From NCBI GenBank assembly GCA_965644295.1, contig CBFFRP010000288.1, positions 496,001-560,000 of the forward strand: a DNA stretch of 64,000 nucleotides, given 5' to 3'. The translations under genes were made by a program, and so were the position numbers. Shown here piece after piece: positions 1 through 13,809 of this stretch. Source of the stretch: Paraphysomonas bandaiensis. Its lineage: Eukaryota > Protista > Chrysophyceae. The first letter of the stretch is position 1, and each line of letters starts with the position of its first letter. The notes under the pieces are model-generated. The model was not told the origin of the DNA. It did not search any database and worked only from the letters and a program-made list of their open reading frames with translations.

Positions 1-2784
1 ATTTACGAAGGCGCTCAAAGCAGGGTCATCATAGTTTTCCACGGGTTCGCCTATCACATCCTCCCATACCTCAAACGATACAACGGTTGATACCGGGATA
101 CTGAAGGTCGGATTGGTGGACACTTCGGCCGGGGTCGGGCGCAGAGAAGGCAACGGAGAAGGGAGCGAAGATGGAATTAGTGAAGGGCATGCAGAGGGGG
201 TATAAGAAGGTTGAGAGGAGGGTCTAAAAGTGGGAAAACGCGATGGTGTAAACGTCGGATATGCACTTGGGCAACGAGTGGGTAGTGCAGAGGGTTCAGA
301 TGTAGGCAACCCACTAGGGGATGACGATGGGTTACGAGTCGGTTGAAAGGTCACAGGAGACCTACTGGGAACACCAGTAGGCTGGCCAGTTGGAATACTA
401 GAAGGCAGTGTACTCGGGTGGCCAGACGGAGGAGATGTTGGGGCAGCACCAGGTGCCAAAGTAGGAAGTGAAGAGGGTTGGGCTGTTGGCTTATCAGACG
501 GAGAAACAGATGGTTGAGTGGACGGAACATAAGTTGGAACACCAACCGGGTAACTGGTTGGCATCGTGGTCGGCAAAAATGAAGGGCAGTTTGTAGGTGA
601 TCGAGAAGGTTGACAGGACGGAATTGACGATGGCGCACCAGAAGGTTGCCTAGATGGTTGAATTGACGGAAAATAGGAAGGCAGAACTGATGGCAAAGAA
701 GATGGATCTCCAGATGGCTCCCCGCTAGGTTTAGTGGACGGATAGCTCGTGGCTTGACCAGTGGGCTCCGTAGAAGGCAAACTACTAGGAATTCCTGTGG
801 GTAGTCCTGTTGGGTGGCCAGTAGGTTGTCCACTTGGCTGTGAGGTTGGCTGTCCAGTTGGCTGTCCAGTTGGCTGGCCAGTGGGTTGTCCACTTGGCTG
901 TGAGGTTGGCTGTCCAGTTGGCTGTCCAGTTGGGTGGCCAGTGGGTTGTCCACTTGGCTGTGAGGTTGGCTGTCCAGTTGGCTGTCCAGTTGGCTGCCCA
1001 GTTGGCTGTCCTGTTGGAAGGTTAGAAGGTTGGCCAGTTGGCTGTCCTGTAGGGTGGCCAGTCGGTTGTCCTGTTGGGTGGCCAGAGGGTTGACCAGTTG
1101 GCTGTCCAGTTGGCTCACAAGATGGAGCTGATGAAGGAGAACAAGGCATAGAAGATGGGATTGATGTCGGCCCTGATGACGGAAGACCGGATGGCTCTCC
1201 TGATGGAACCGTGGTGGGAATTCTTGAGGGTACTGCAGAGGGTTGACCACTTGGTTGCCCACTCGGTAGTCCAGATGGAAGCCCCGAAGGATCACAGGAT
1301 GGAATCCCTGTTGGTATTGTTGAAGGAACGATACTTGGAGTTGATGAAGGATAGCTAGATGGCAAAGAAGATGGATCTCCAGATGGCTCCCCGCTAGGTT
1401 TAGTGGACGGATAGCTTGTAGGTTGAGCAGTGGGCTCTGTAGAAGGCAAACTACTAGGGATTCCTGTGGGTAGTCCTGTTGGGTGGCCAGAAGGTTGTCC
1501 ACTTGGCTGTGAAGTTGGCTGTGAGGTTGGCTGTCCAGTTGGCTGTCCAGTAGGGTGGCCAGTCGGTTGTCCTGTTGGGTGGCCAGAGGGTTGACCAGTT
1601 GGCTGTCCAGTTGGCTCACAAGATGGAGCTGATGAAGGAGAAGAAGGTACAGAAGATGGGATTGATGTCGGCCCTGATGACGGAAGACCGGATGGCTCTC
1701 CTGATGGAACCGTGGTGGGAATTCTTGAGGGTACTGCAGAGGGTTGACCACTTGGTTGCCCACTCGGTAGTCCAGATGGAAGCCCCGAAGGATCACAGGA
1801 TGGAATCCCTGTTGGTATTGTTGAAGGAACGATACTTGGAGTTGATGAAGGATAGCTAGATGGCAAAGAAGATGGATCTCCAGATGGCTCCCCGCTAGGT
1901 TTAGTGGACGGATAGCTTGTAGGTTGACCAGTGGGCTCTGTAGAAGGCAAACTACTAGGGATTCCTGTGGGTAGTCCTGTTGGGTGGCCAGAAGGTTGTC
2001 CACTTGGCTGTCCAGTTGGCTGTGAGGTCGGCTGTCCAGTTGGCTGTCCAGTAGGGTGGCCAGTCGGTTGTCCTGTTGGGTGGCCAGAGGGTTGACCAGT
2101 TGGCTGTCCAGTTGGCTCACAAGATGGAGCTGATGAAGGAGAAGAAGGTACAGAAGATGGGATTGATGTCGGCCCTGATGACGGAAGACCGGATGGCTCT
2201 CCTGATGGAACCGTGGTGGGAATTCTTGAGGGTACTGCAGAAGGTTGACCACTTGGTTGCCCACTCGGTAGTCCAGAAGGCAGAGTGGATGGGATAGAAG
2301 AAGGTACACTGGTAGGTAACTTGGACGGCTGCGACGTCGGTGCCAACGACGGTTGCCCTGATGGTTCACCACTTGGAATATTGGTGGGTCGACCGGATGG
2401 GTATGACGAGGGAGCAATTGTTGGTTGTCCTGATGGTAGTGCCGACGGCTTACCAGATGGCTCAGAGGTAGGGGCAAGTGAAGGTGACGTTGGCTGAGCG
2501 CTAGGAACTGCGGACGGTACACTTGATGGATAACAAGATGGGCATGGCGAAGGAAGAGTAGATGGCGCACTGGAAGGAAATGACGTAGGATTGGATGACG
2601 GTTGGCCAGTAGGTAATTCAGTCGGGGATGCAGTACCTTGCTGCTGAGAAGGTGGCACTACAATCGGTTGCTGAAAGGGCGACACTCTAGGAAAGTTATA
2701 CGCTTCATCATAGATATTGTCTGCCACTGCAAGAGCACAAGAATTCCATAATAAGAAAACGCATACATTAAATATCATAAACAT
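1..2784 (-). CDS. Secreted/surface mucin-like Pro/Ser/Thr-repeat (P-[ST]-x-x) protein, 3' end beyond window edge
   Basis: ATG at 2784 gives [75 protein letters not shown]..., a signal-peptide-like N-terminus followed by many PSGQ/PTGQ/PSSxP units. The same frame still reads as coding at base 1 (...[20 protein letters not shown]). It is absent from the ORF track because no stop lies in the window. Confidence 0.85.
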   Translation of the reverse strand, partial: MFMIFNVCVFLLWNSCALAVADNIYDEAYNFPRVSPFQQPIVVPPSQQQGTASPTELPTGQPSSNPTSFPSSAPSTLPSPCPSCYPSSVPSAVPSAQPTSPSLAPTSEPSGKPSALPSGQPTIAPSSYPSGRPTNIPSGEPSGQPSLAPTSQPSKLPTSVPSSIPSTLPSGLPSGQPSGQPSAVPSRIPTTVPSGEPSGLPSSGPTSIPSSVPSSPSSAPSCEPTGQPTGQPSGHPTGQPTGHPTGQPTGQPTSQPTGQPSGQPSGHPTGLPTGIPSSLPSTEPTGQPTSYPSTKPSGEPSGDPSSLPSSYPSSTPSIVPSTIPTGIPSCDPSGLPSGLPSGQPSGQPSAVPSRIPTTVPSGEPSGLPSSGPTSIPSSVPSSPSSAPSCEPTGQPTGQPSGHPTGQPTGHPTGQPTGQPTSQPTSQPSGQPSGHPTGLPTGIPSSLPSTEPTAQPTSYPSTKPSGEPSGDPSSLPSSYPSSTPSIVPSTIPTGIPSCDPSGLPSGLPSGQPSGQPSAVPSRIPTTVPSGEPSGLPSSGPTSIPSSMPCSPSSAPSCEPTGQPTGQPSGHPTGQPTGHPTGQPTGQPSNLPTGQPTGQPTGQPTGQPTSQPSGQPTGHPTGQPTGQPTSQPSGQPTGQPTGQPTGQPTSQPSGQPTGHPTGLPTGIPSSLPSTEPTGQATSYPSTKPSGEPSGDPSSLPSVLPSYFPSIQPSRQPSGAPSSIPSCQPSRSPTNCPSFLPTTMPTSYPVGVPTYVPSTQPSVSPSDKPTAQPSSLPTLAPGAAPTSPPSGHPSTLPSSIPTGQPTGVPSRSPVTFQPTRNPSSSPSGLPTSEPSALPTRCPSAYPTFTPSRFPTFRPSSQPSYTPSACPSLIPSSLPSPLPSLRPTPAEVSTNPTFSIPVSTVVSFEVWEDVIGEPVENYDDPALSAFVN
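690..2275. repeat. 501-bp (167-codon) tandem repeat, about 3 copies, plus 12-bp microrepeats, inside the mucin-like gene
   Basis: Identical blocks recur at 501-bp offsets (e.g. 1155/1656/2157; antisense ORFs at 1575 and 2076). Confidence 0.85.
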
Positions 2785-2869
2785 GTTACTCTTCTTAATT
2801 TGCCTAATGAGAGCACAGTATATATAAAGCACAAATACGACTATACTCTAAGAGTATCAAAAGAAAATG

Positions 2870-3630
2870 CTAAAGTACACGTTATTCGCCTCTACAAGAA
2901 TGGTAGCAATGTGCTATAAATTCCATAATCCTTTAACAGAGAGATTATATATATGGTGTGGTTGGATTCATGTCACGCAAATGGAGGTACCTCACATACA
3001 AATACCAATATGTGTTGAACCACCAGTGAAAGATACTCACTACAGTACCTGGAGTACTTGGCTTGGAAATGATACAACATATCCAAAAACCAGGTTTTTG
3101 AGGGATATAAAAAGTAGAGAAAAATGTGACGAAAAACACTTGGAGGTGATTGGAATGTATCGGCATCCTTTGTATATTTTTGTTCCAAGATGCCTCAAAT
3201 ATTGAGACAACAATTATATGTATTCCAGCCGTAGTTGTATTGCAGTATTGTAGAGGAGTTTTGCTTCAATTTATTCCCGAAAAATATGATGCTGACTGCC
3301 GATACCCTCCCAAGTATCCACATGGTGCAGGAACATCAGCGAATTTTAGTCAACTCAATGGTGAAGATCTGCTACGAGTTGCTACGGATGGATTGCTCTA
3401 AGAGTAAAGGATCTCAGTGTTATTATTCGTGCATCACACGTAGCTGTGCATAATACATGCATGATGCGAGTTAGTATGTATACTCTGAGTGACGGATTCG
3501 AATAAACTATGACTGTTAGCGAGCAGAACGAATCCATAGATTTGGTGGACTGCATGACTGAGAAGGACATAAGCTGGAATGTATACTCCATCGAGGTTAT
3601 GACAGGGATGAGTCAGCGACGATGACACCT
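2870..3630 (+). pseudogene. Degenerate coding-like dispersed repeat (probable TE relic), homologous to 23600-24800
   Basis: 3155-3305 aligns closely with 23705-23855 (tgtatatttttgttccaa..tgcctc.aatattgagacaacaattat...gaaaaatatgatgct.actgccgatac). ORFs are fragmented. Confidence 0.45.
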
Positions 3631-4104
3631 AAAATCTAAACATTCGAGTACGGTACTATTGCGATATATACAATTGTATTATAGAGCTGGGTAATATCCT
3701 CTATGGCATGCCAGTTTTATTATGAATGGGGATTCACCATATTTGTAAAACCTGGTTAATCGACCCTACGTTAACGTGTCCATCGATAAATATAAAAGTG
3801 CAATTTTCGTTTATATACTCCATGCATGATCACAGCCGCGGTTTAGTAGCCCATCTTTCGTCCCGACTCGTCCAGTCAGCACTGGATATCTATATGTAGT
3901 AACTTTGTAGCAAACTATACTAAAACTTTTTCATACTTAGCTATTCCGACCACCCAACAAAAGTCACTGCTACAAAACATAAACTAATTAACAGATATGT
4001 GGTGAACAACTCAAAGTAAAGCACCAGTAGTTCTGCTGAGTAAGGCTATTTCATATTCATTTCAAGTTTCAGTTATATAACCCCAATTTCAGTGAACGAC
4101 AGAT

Positions 4105-4290
4105 CTTTATAGTCGGACTCGCGCCTTTCGTGGAGTTCTGGGGGATGAGTACATGAGATATTTCTCCGGGAAAACGTGAGCTGCTTATATTGTCAGCTGA
4201 TATTGCTTTGCTCACTCATAGCCAAATGCTTGTGTGGTACAAAGGACACAAATAAGTGCCATTTGTGTAGACGTCTTTGGGCCTTGAAAG
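4105..4290 (-). repeat. Dispersed repeat, homologous to 38052-38275 (+)
   Basis: The reverse complement shares tcaaggccca..gac, gtaccacacaagcatt.g.ctatgagtg.gca, cggagaaat.tctc.tgtact and aactccacgaaa with the 38-kb copy. Confidence 0.6.
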
Positions 4291-4299
4291 TCTGTAGTA

Positions 4300-5877
4300 G
4301 GCGTTAAAAATCTGCACCAATGTAGTGGATAGTTGAATGCTAGACAGACTATTTAGACCTCTATCCATAACTAATCAGCACAAACTCTAGTATCCTACTA
4401 TTTAGCACTACAAAAGCTGCTTGTGCGTCGCCGCAAGCACCAAAGTGCGACCACTTCCGTTCTTAATGTTGATTGTGAGTTTCGCCATGGTCGTGTGTCC
4501 TAGGACTCACTGGCGCGTGATATCAGGGGGTCTCCCCTTGGGATGAGACTCCACAGGGCTTTGTGGTGGTACCGGGTTCTGTAGGAAGATTCTGATTGTA
4601 CCGAGTACTAGGTGTGTGGGCTGAGAGTTGGGTGGGGAGTTGGAATGTGAATGTGGCGCTGTCTCAGTGCCCTGTTTGGGCCTCGGGCATAGGTAGAGTT
4701 GCCGGAGACGGCGTCGTTGTCGAGGGCGGGAGGGTTTCATGCGGGACGATGATATGTTCCTGGGGGTATGATTGGTGGGTTTCTTGTGAGCAGTGTGCGG
4801 TGGTTCAGTCTCGGGTTGTCTGCGGACTCCTAGTAATCGTAGCACCCTTGGGCGTTTCCATGTCTGCCTACGGTTCTGACGCGGTCGCGGGAGTATCCTA
4901 GAGGGTCCTTTGTGTAGGGTAGTATATCGGCGACTGCGATCTTGTATCATGAGTTTTGCTGCAGCAAAAAGCGGGAGAAGCAGACTGATGACCGCTACCT
5001 CAAGATTGCGTAGTCCTTGGGGTGTCAAGGACTCATGGATGTGATCTCCAAAAACCATCTCGAGTTGAGCTGTGGTGATGGTACCTGTCCATTATCTCTC
5101 CACCTGTGGGATGGAGAGGCTCCAAGCACTACTGGAGAGCCTCTGTAGCGCACTGGAGGTCCAGTGTGGGGTAGGTCCTGATCTCTCAGTATCTCGTGAA
5201 GCGCGTTTTTGTGTCTTTGAAAGGCCGTCTCCCGTATCTGGGTGATGGTGTCATGTGTGCAGTCTAGACACATGTGTTTGAGTGAGTCTAGTCGAAAGCC
5301 ACAATCAGAACATGCGGCTTTGGCTAGGTCAAGACCTTGTTTGGTCCTAGCCCGGTTTCTCCCTATATGCTAAAAGATTTGTCCCATGTCAACGCGGCAT
5401 TGAGCACTCTACGGCGAAGGTGGGAGCTGTCTTTATCCTTGGATGGACCACCATCTGCTTGTGCCAGTGTGCGCGGTAGTAGTGTCCCGCTGTCTGTTCA
5501 GTATCCGGTCGGGATTGTGACCATAGCGTTGATCTCGAAGTGCAGTGTAGGCCTCCAGCGTCCGTTGGCTGCGGAGGGTTTGGAAGTCAGTGAGTAGGGG
5601 GCTCGTATGATGCGGCCTTCGTTCCCCTGATAGGCGCCAGTGCTATAGACCCGCCGTAAGTATTCGCTCAATGGCTTGGTCAACTTCGATTTCACAGACC
5701 GTGTAATTTTGTCGGCCAGTAGTCGGTCAACTTCAAGCCAATCCTCCCCTGCTACGGCGTCTTCAATGTAGATGCCTTTGTCTACATATGTCCATTCAGA
5801 TTCATCCGTGGTTCGTCGGTCGGGGTGTGATCTGACCCAGTCTATATTCCGGGGCCTTGCATCCGGACTGTTCACCT
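4300..5877 (-). mobile_element. 5'-truncated, frameshifted non-LTR retrotransposon (LINE) 3' portion: RNase H remnant, Cys/His zinc finger, PKGRPPD terminus, 3' UTR
   Basis: IDWVRSHPDRR...KGIYIEDAVA resembles an RNase H C-terminal motif; ACSDCGFRLDSLKHMCLDC is a CxxC..H..C finger. Frameshifts are present (e.g. 2-bp insertion near 5365). Protein and 3' UTR are homologous to 39208-40189. The 3' boundary is approximate. Confidence 0.7.
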
Positions 5878-6090
5878 TAAGGACTCAAAAAATCGTGAAG
5901 TCAGCAGATGTGAGGAATATCAACAGTCTGCTAGTTCACTGCGTTTGCTTTGAGTAGCAAAAGTGGCTGCACCTTGATGCTTGTGGTGACGACAAGTAGC
6001 ATTCGTAGCGTTAAATAGTAGGATATCAGAGTTAAGCACTTGCTCTTAAACGCATATTGCTAATAATAAGACATTCACTACTGCATTGGT
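5878..6090 (+). mobile_element. Short SINE-like repeat carrying the LINE 3' hairpin motif; second copy at 46316-46515
   Basis: Both copies read taaggactc.aaaatc.tgaagtca...gcgtttgctttgagt...tgctt..ggtgacg..caag.agc.ttcgt.gcgttaaatagt...aaacgc.tattgctaataataagacattcac.actgca. Confidence 0.55.
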
Positions 6091-6230
6091 TTAGTACCTA
6101 CTTTACTTTATTTATCCTCATGAATAATATCTTGAAGTCTTATACCCATTGCTTCACCTATTTTCTTCTTTCCCTCCGTCTCCAAAAAGCTATCCTGTTG
6201 ATGTGTGAAATAAAAGTAAATGCTTTCAAA

Positions 6231-6830
6231 CTAGATTAAAAGTAATCAATCCAGAATTTCAATAAAAGCGACAAAAATGTACCTTCATCACAGAAGGATG
6301 CTAAAAGAATAGCAACTGCGAGGTGTACATAAGTGTCATGATGAATGCTAAAAAATGTAGTCGCACAAGGCTACTTGTTATCGCTGGCTTAACCTCTGCT
6401 TGTGCTACTGACTCGAATATTGAGTGTATGTTGTTGTGTTGTGTGAAACTGAATTTGACTTAAACTCTAAAGAGTCTAGGTGCCACTGTAGCATCAGATG
6501 TGGCATTTGAACTGTCCAGCAAAAGTTTCGAAGTCCTGATTATGAAGATAGATCGCTTGCACTGGCATCATTCTGATCTTCTACATCAGTCGAAATATGA
6601 TATATAACTTGGAGTGTTTGATGATCTGATCTTTAAAGTGAACTCACCATTGCGTCTTCCCTAGAAATATGTATTTAGTAAGTCACTTTCGAATGACTGT
6701 CACTATTATCATGTTTTTGTTTAAACCGAATATTGAAGTTGAATGTCTACATTTGCCCTGTGCTAATATGAGCGTTCTGCTGAATCGAATTCAGGTCAAA
6801 AGAATACCTCGTTTGAGACAAAATAGAGAT
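6231..6830. repeat. Dispersed repeat family (copies at 16826-17460, 20395-20945, 37580-37675); internal sequence of the foldback-element family
   Basis: Shared blocks: gaatagcaact.cgaggtgt, cttaacctctgct.gtgc.act, cagatgtg..atttgaactgtcca, cttgcactggc.t.attctgat, aaccgaatatt.aagttgaat, gctaatatgagc.ttctg.tgaa. Confidence 0.7.
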
Positions 6831-7100
6831 AATACAATATACTATAATGTATTATCGTATATCGAATTTTATGGAAACATTCGTACTCATACACTGCGTA
6901 ATATATTGAATCATTATGCAGCTATAATTGTTACATATTATTTATTATTATACGAAAACGCACCATAAGATAGGTTGAGCGTTCAGCAAACTATTATCGT
7001 ACAAATATATCGAAGGTATTTTGTGTACTACATGCCGTAAGTCTCAGCAATATAAAGAAGCTTCTGTGAGCGACATCTACAGAGGCAGATACTGTCAGAA

Positions 7101-10100
7101 TCATAAAATAGCACGAAAAGCAATATACCTATTGGAATCTTGGACAAGAAGTTGAAATTGCTCACATAAGCTCTCTTTCCACTCTTTGGCTTCTTCGTCA
7201 GCCAACTGTAGGGCATATCAACACAAAAACATACAGACCAAATTAAAACGCAATCAGCTGACTACATATACGAAGCAATACATATTACAGCGCGTTTGTC
7301 TAAAACATACCAGTGCCATTTGCTTCGCGTGACTGGCGTCCTTTAAGTGCTTCTTCGCAGCATCTAAAGATCTAGAAACAGAGCAATATCACAATACACC
7401 CGGATTACATCGCATCGAACACATACTTGGTAAGTTTAATCACTTTCTTCTGAAGCTTTCTGCATTCTATCGATAGTCGCTCCCTTTTCTTCTTTTCACT
7501 GATAGATTCGTTGTGTGATGCACCCATCCGTCTCCTGCTGAAGTTCAAGCGGTGAAGGCGCATCCTCGGAACGATCTCATCCGACGAAGCGCATGGGCTG
7601 TCAGAGTGGTTCGAAGACGTCTTTCTATTTCTCCTAACACAATATTATCTAGATAAGTCAATTGGAGCAAACATTGCTCACGTATTTTCATCCTGATCTG
7701 GAGCACAATTACTTCCACTTCGACTGTGACCACTGCTACTGTGGCTGGTGGAGGTGCCAGCTCGCCTATACAGCTTCACAAGCCCATCCCGTAAGCTGCT
7801 CCGGAAGTGAAACGCAGAATGCTTAGAACTGTCGCTCTCTCTGTCACCATGGATACTTCCAGAGTCCACCTGTGATCCCGTCTCCGATGCGGCGCTCAGG
7901 GTTTCCTCTTCAGGTTGTGGGGTATTAGCTATCCCACTCGTTTCCACATCTTCGTCATACCCAGAGTCCGTTTCACGTGTCGCTTCCTCGCGTTCCATAA
8001 CATGCGCAGGAACATCAAGAGGTTCTACAACCTCCTCAGGAGCCTTATCTGTATGAACCACAGATTCTGGTTCAGCCACTTCACCATCGTTCACCGTTAT
8101 CGCTTCTAGGTCTTGCGAAATGTTCGTAATATCCTCTTGAGTCATACGCGCAGTACAGGATATATCACTCCCAGGTACATTATCTACAGTACTCAGTGTG
8201 GCATCCCCAACAGAGGGAGCAGTGCTATCACCTGATCCATAGGACTGAAGTACACTTTGTGCAATATTAGAGGGATCCTGAAGCTCTGCCCTATCTCCAG
8301 CGGGTATTGTGGACGGAGAGCGCACGGTGGGGGAAGTCCTGGCGTGCCCTCCGGAAAGTCCTCTCCACTGATTAACAGCTGGGCTTGATCCTTGAACTAT
8401 TCCCGATACCCTACGCCTATTCGGGTTTAATTTCATCTTCTCTGCCACAGAGGTAGTCATCCACCCTGCCGTCGAAGTTGAGGGGGATTCACCAATGCTG
8501 CTGCATCGATCTGGCATGTGAGAGCTTCTCCCAAGACCTTTCGAGTCATCTATAAATGACATCAATGGGTCGGGACTGAAATTCATTTGTGGGGAGGCCC
8601 CAATACGGTCAGCATCGGTTGTAGGAGTGCCAGTGACGCCGACACTTCCACTGCTGACAGAGATTTGGCTGGGTGAGGTTAGAATCTGGGAATCGCTCGA
8701 CCGCATAATGACCTTATAAAACATTTCCTGAGCAGCTTCACTGCCATCGCTCATAGCTGCCTCGTCACTCAAACAGCTGTTTCCACCGTCCGTTTCGCTG
8801 GAGCTACTATCTTTGCGCGGAGAGTGCTCCTCGACATGGCCCTCGAGGTTGTCCACAACAGAACTCTCTTCACTGTCCGACAATGCGTCGCTAAAATCTA
8901 CGCCCTCACCCTCTATATCCTCATCTACATAACCGCTTCTCTCACTATGGCACTCACTGCTTCCCATGTAGCTTCCGCTTTCACTGCAGCTGCTATCACT
9001 GCTGACTTCAATCATTTCATTCCCATCGCTCGCCACAATAGGGCTAGACTTGAGAAGAGTATGCTTTAAAGCATCACCGTCCTCAACTGATGCTAATCAT
9101 TGAAGTACATCAAAGGTACACACGTATTAGATATATATCACATACCTAGTGTTAAGCTGGTGACCTTTTTGTGCCACTTCACCAGCTGATACTTTATTTC
9201 AGCCGTTTTCTCTATCCATCTTACCTAGTAGTCACAATGAAACAAAACAAATACAACTAGTGCTTATAACCTCCTCTGTCACAGTTGAATGGAGAGACTC
9301 ATACGTACTTTCGCATTTCTCACACGCAATTAGAATTTTGCGCTGAATGATTTCCTTATCCTTTTCAATCTGTTCATTTAGCATTACATCACTACGCGTT
9401 TGACCTAATCATCACAGTTCTTGTACACACCTGTCGTTCCATTTCGACGAGTTCTTTGTGTACTGCCTCCATATCGCTGGACATTTGCGGGGGAATCGCA
9501 CCATATCTATATATATCGTTGTTTTCATTTATAAACTCATACCAAATACAACAGGGCATTAAGGCCGATGCGTATCGAAATCAGTGTGATTCGTACATAC
9601 AAGATACTTCATGAGCATTCATTCAGCAATAACTAAAAGTAAAGTACAACAATAGACAATAGAAAATAGTCATATTTCGTACCTCTGTACCCACGATGCC
9701 CCCCCTGGCCTAGGAATGCCCATAGAGCCTCCATGAAAACTTTTGCTCATTGATCCATTCGTATCCACTTTGTCACCTAAAGCAGCCGCAATCATCTCAA
9801 GCGCATACCCTTCTTGTAAGGCTACTAGGGTTTCCTCCGTTACACTGAATTTATCAGCACGTTGGATAACCTATATATTGGGAGAAATGGAATGTAACAC
9901 ACGGATTGAAGGTAATGCTGTTCATACTTCAGGAATAGTCACCGGAAGGTTAAATTTACCCCGTTTCCAGTCGCGCATCATCAGACCCACCTATGACATG
10001 TTAGCCACATGTATACATATGAACGAACTGCTATTTCAAGTAATAGGGCATTATACACGATTTCCATTCCAAAAAATAAATTTTACGTACGATGATAACA

Positions 10101-11731
10101 CAGATGGCTCTTTCTAGTGCACATTACCTCCTCCAGATCCATTTCAATCAGCTTATCATACAGAACGTATAAAATGGCAAGTGTTATTCTGAAATATATC
10201 CACACAAGAGGAATATTGATAAAAATGAAGCATTTTTCATCGCATCTAATAGTACTCACTTGAACACTCCTGGCCAGGCACTCACAAAAATATAGTCCCA
10301 TATATGATACGTAAACTCAAGTGGTACCTGCATAGATAAATAAAATGAGTACCACTTCTTATGACAGTGCGAATAAATTATACGTACCGTGTATGAGAAG
10401 AGAGTCATGAACCATTGGGATACCACCACCTATATATAAATAAAATGTCAGCTATCAATTACACTCAACTACAGTTTAGTCAGTTACTGCTACCAACACG
10501 AGCCGACAACTACGTCTGCCACACAGTACTAATAACGGCACTGTACCTCTGACGACAATGTGATATCTTCACAGTGAGCGTGAAGATCTGGGAGGTTCCA
10601 CTTAAACAACCTGCACTCAGCCATAAAAACAAGTATCCAACGTATGTAATGTACCTGTCGAATTGATAGACCCTCAGCTTCATCTTCGGAAATCCAGGGC
10701 GCCATATAGTCTCCATTTGAAGCAGGCCACAATCTCCAACAGAATGCTCTCCACCATTAACCAGCAAGCACTAAAGTACAAGACATAGTAGAAATAAAAA
10801 AGAACACAATCAACACATATACAGTCATAACATATAAAAGTTATTACCTGTATAGCCCAAAATACGTCCGACTCGACCCGTCCTCGTTGCAACACCAAGC
10901 GGTCTTGCATGCTTATCTCCGATTCTGCGTCAGTTTCCCCATGTCGGAGCTCCTGAATCAATGACAATAAAATTAAACAATGTCAGTAGGGTAGACAACG
11001 ATTCAAGACGGTATATATTATAGATAAGCCGATGTACCTTGAGTTGATTTGTGCTATTTCTCATCATAACATCATAGGGTATTTTTTCTGACGAAAGGCG
11101 AGCAAGCAACAAAGCCCCCACGATAAAATTCATACCCTAATAATATATAAACACAGATACGAAGGTTATATAAAACCCGTAAACCTGACAATATCCAACA
11201 TCGGGCCTGGAGCTGACAATCGCCTTCAAGATGCGGGCCAACATCTCTTGACCTGCACAGTTCTCTGAGAAAAACTCGTGATCTGGGAAGGTTCTGCCAA
11301 TATCTCGCATGATTTCGCCCAGTTGACCGGAACTCAGACAATTGGCTTCATGGGTATTCTCTGCATGTCTATAGTATAAAATATGATCAGTATTCACATG
11401 TATATTTCCTGAATTACCTAAGATAATACTCTAATGGTTCTCCGAAGTGCATTTCTGAGAATGAGTGAGGCAAACGCCGTTTCAGTGCCCACATCCAGAA
11501 TCGAAATCGAATTCTTTCGTCCACCGGACCATGACTGATACCTTCTAGCCTGTATAGTACAAGATCATATCGTTGAGGTGATAAAACACAATCGAGTACG
11601 TACAGAGCATCCAATCTAACAAGGCGAGCAGCTGCCTGTGCTGAGACCATAGAGTATCGTACTCTATCAATCACAGTCATAAATCCACTCTCCAACACAA
11701 AACCAATAACATTATTTACAGTAGCTGGCAT
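7101..11731 (-). CDS. Multi-exon TBC-domain Rab GTPase-activating protein with a long Ser/Asp-rich region and coiled-coil tail
   Basis: The spliced product has IMRDIGRTFP (R finger), YCQGMNFIVGALL (Q finger) and RWFMTLFSY. GT-AG splicing joins it in frame to the 452-aa Ser-rich ORF (...VEDGDALKHTLLKSSPIVASDGNEM...) and on to ...EAKEWKESLCEQFQLLVQDSNRYIAFRAIL* (stop 7101-7103). Confidence 0.85.
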
Positions 11732-13608
11732 AGTCAGACGAACAGATCACTCTATTAGATATATATGAAAGAGAATGAAGTCAACGGTGGCCAGTTAAAA
11801 AAAGAAATTCTCATAATACTCGAAGTGCCTAACTGTTCTGATCGAATTCACCTACTGCAAAGCTAACAATATTGACAAACTATATATATAATTAATGACA
11901 ATGAAAGGTCAGTCCTCACCAATGACAAGATTACCTCCCTCGACTAGTAATTGAATATTTTTAGCAAAGTCAGTACAGGGGACAGAGGGGTCAAGAAAGC
12001 GGTATTTCTATAGATTTCGAGATAATATTTTCAGTATTTTAGACTAACTTTTTACAAAAAATGATTGATAAGGAATGTCTGTGTATACATACCGTCGATT
12101 GGGTGTGTATGCGTGGCTGGTATAATGGGTACACGGCATACTGGTATAGGATAATTTTTGGGGAGTCAAAGGGACAAAAATTCGAAATCCATACCCATAC
12201 ATGTTGCACACACCACAATAACACCTTGCAATCGATGACCCTGGATACTCCCACAGTATGGATTGAGTATAGTGTTTGGAGATAATGAATGAGTGTACTC
12301 AGAGGTGGATCCGCTTGACACATTACAAAGGTGATACTTACTGATGTAGATCCCCTCGAGAGGGCTACTGACTGACCAAACAGTGAAACCGTCTGAAATT
12401 TCCCTCAGACAGGGGCGAGTGATGCTATTGTAACTGAAAGATATGGAGGTATTGAATGTATTTTAATAATACGGCGGTTTTATGATATAGCTCTATAGTG
12501 AACATGGGTTCCACGAAAGGGGTGCACAGAAGTGTCTGATGACGAAACTGTTGTTGTAGTTCAATAAGTAGACTCACATTGTTACAGTGCGTGTGATGTT
12601 TTCGGTTTAATTCATCTAGCTAGATCTTCTAGTAATTTTAGTTTACTGAATTCACTACCCAGGCACACTATACTTGGATGGAGTAATTCTGGACGTCTTG
12701 AAGTCATAGCTATCACAAATAACTTGTCGATAAGAGTAGTAAACTTATTTAATTACATAATTATGATGTAGCGTTCTAACTCTGGTCTCAAGTTGAAACT
12801 ATTATCTAGGGCAGCATTGTTAGTTTGGTCTGAGCACCCCTGCTTGGCCTATTAAGTATCTAATAGAAATAGGAACATACAAGACAGCATTTAATTATCA
12901 GAATAAAGGTATTAACTATTCTTAGATACTCCAAAACCATAGGTATCAAATGCCCCAGTTCTGTGTTTTTTTAAAGAAAATATTTTTGACCCAGTAAATA
13001 GTGTGAGAAATAATATCGAGGACGTTGACTATCATATAGATATACGTTGTAGCTCGGAACCACAGTTGAATACACTGAGGAAATAAGAGGTACATGGAGA
13101 ACTATAAACGCTAGCACTACAGTTGCTGGTATGTAGCATGTTCTAGTTAGTAGTTGTTTGTATTGACTCTATAAACAACTCCCCGTACAGAGAGCAGTGT
13201 ATGTATATATCCTCTGCATGAAAGCTTATCCATCACGCAATGATGTGTCGAAGTAGAGATATTAGAGTTCTGTAAGGGCATAGAATCACGAAGTGTATGT
13301 AAAACGTAGAACATACATATATTTACTATTCTATTCTCACTTGCTCGACGCTTTTTCTGCATCCCTATATTTAACCCCAGTAATACTCTTGTCCTATCTT
13401 TAAGGACTTGAGGACTGCTCTGCGGTCAGCAACGGGGTCATGTCTACAGTTTATCTAGAACTCTGATCCATGCATATTATAGAATTATATTATCTCCTGG
13501 ATAAAATGCCATAGTCTCTACCACCATCATATTCGTCCCAGTATATGATATTATACATACATATAGACATACATACATATAGACATACATACATACAAAC
13601 AAACACAC

Positions 13609-13809
13609 TGTAGCGGTATTTTCTATTTGTTCCTACTAAACTAAAATGGCAGTTGAGCTGTACTTAAATTTAGTAGAATCAATAAAATCCTAACTTTGAA
13701 GGAATGTCAAAAGATTTTAGTAGGATCAGCTGACTTTTTAAATTTAATAAGAATGTCCGTAATATTTAGTAGGAATGACACTTTTTAGGGACAAATATAT
13801 TACCGCAAC
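13609..13809. mobile_element. Putative MITE, about 200 bp, with imperfect terminal inverted repeats
   Basis: Left end gtagcggtattttctatttgttcctactaaa versus reverse complement of right end gttgcggtaatatatttgtccctaaaaa; internal tttagtagg repeats; next to an (ACAT)n microsatellite. Confidence 0.45.

Noticed and set aside
351-2570. 739-aa His/Gln/Leu-rich ORF and overlapping + strand ORFs
   Set aside because: Shadow frames of the repetitive Pro/Ser/Thr gene; the real frame starts at 2784 with a signal-peptide-like sequence.
6231-6240. CTAG at the repeat-family boundary (also 16826) as a Helitron 3' end
   Set aside because: No subterminal GC-rich hairpin, and the family is associated with TIRs.
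7678-9036. Stand-alone 452-aa Ser-rich gene
   Set aside because: It splices in frame to the upstream TBC exons, so it is an internal exon.
11975-13000. Possible Tc1/mariner-like ends
   Set aside because: The inverted match is too short and no transposase remnant is readable.
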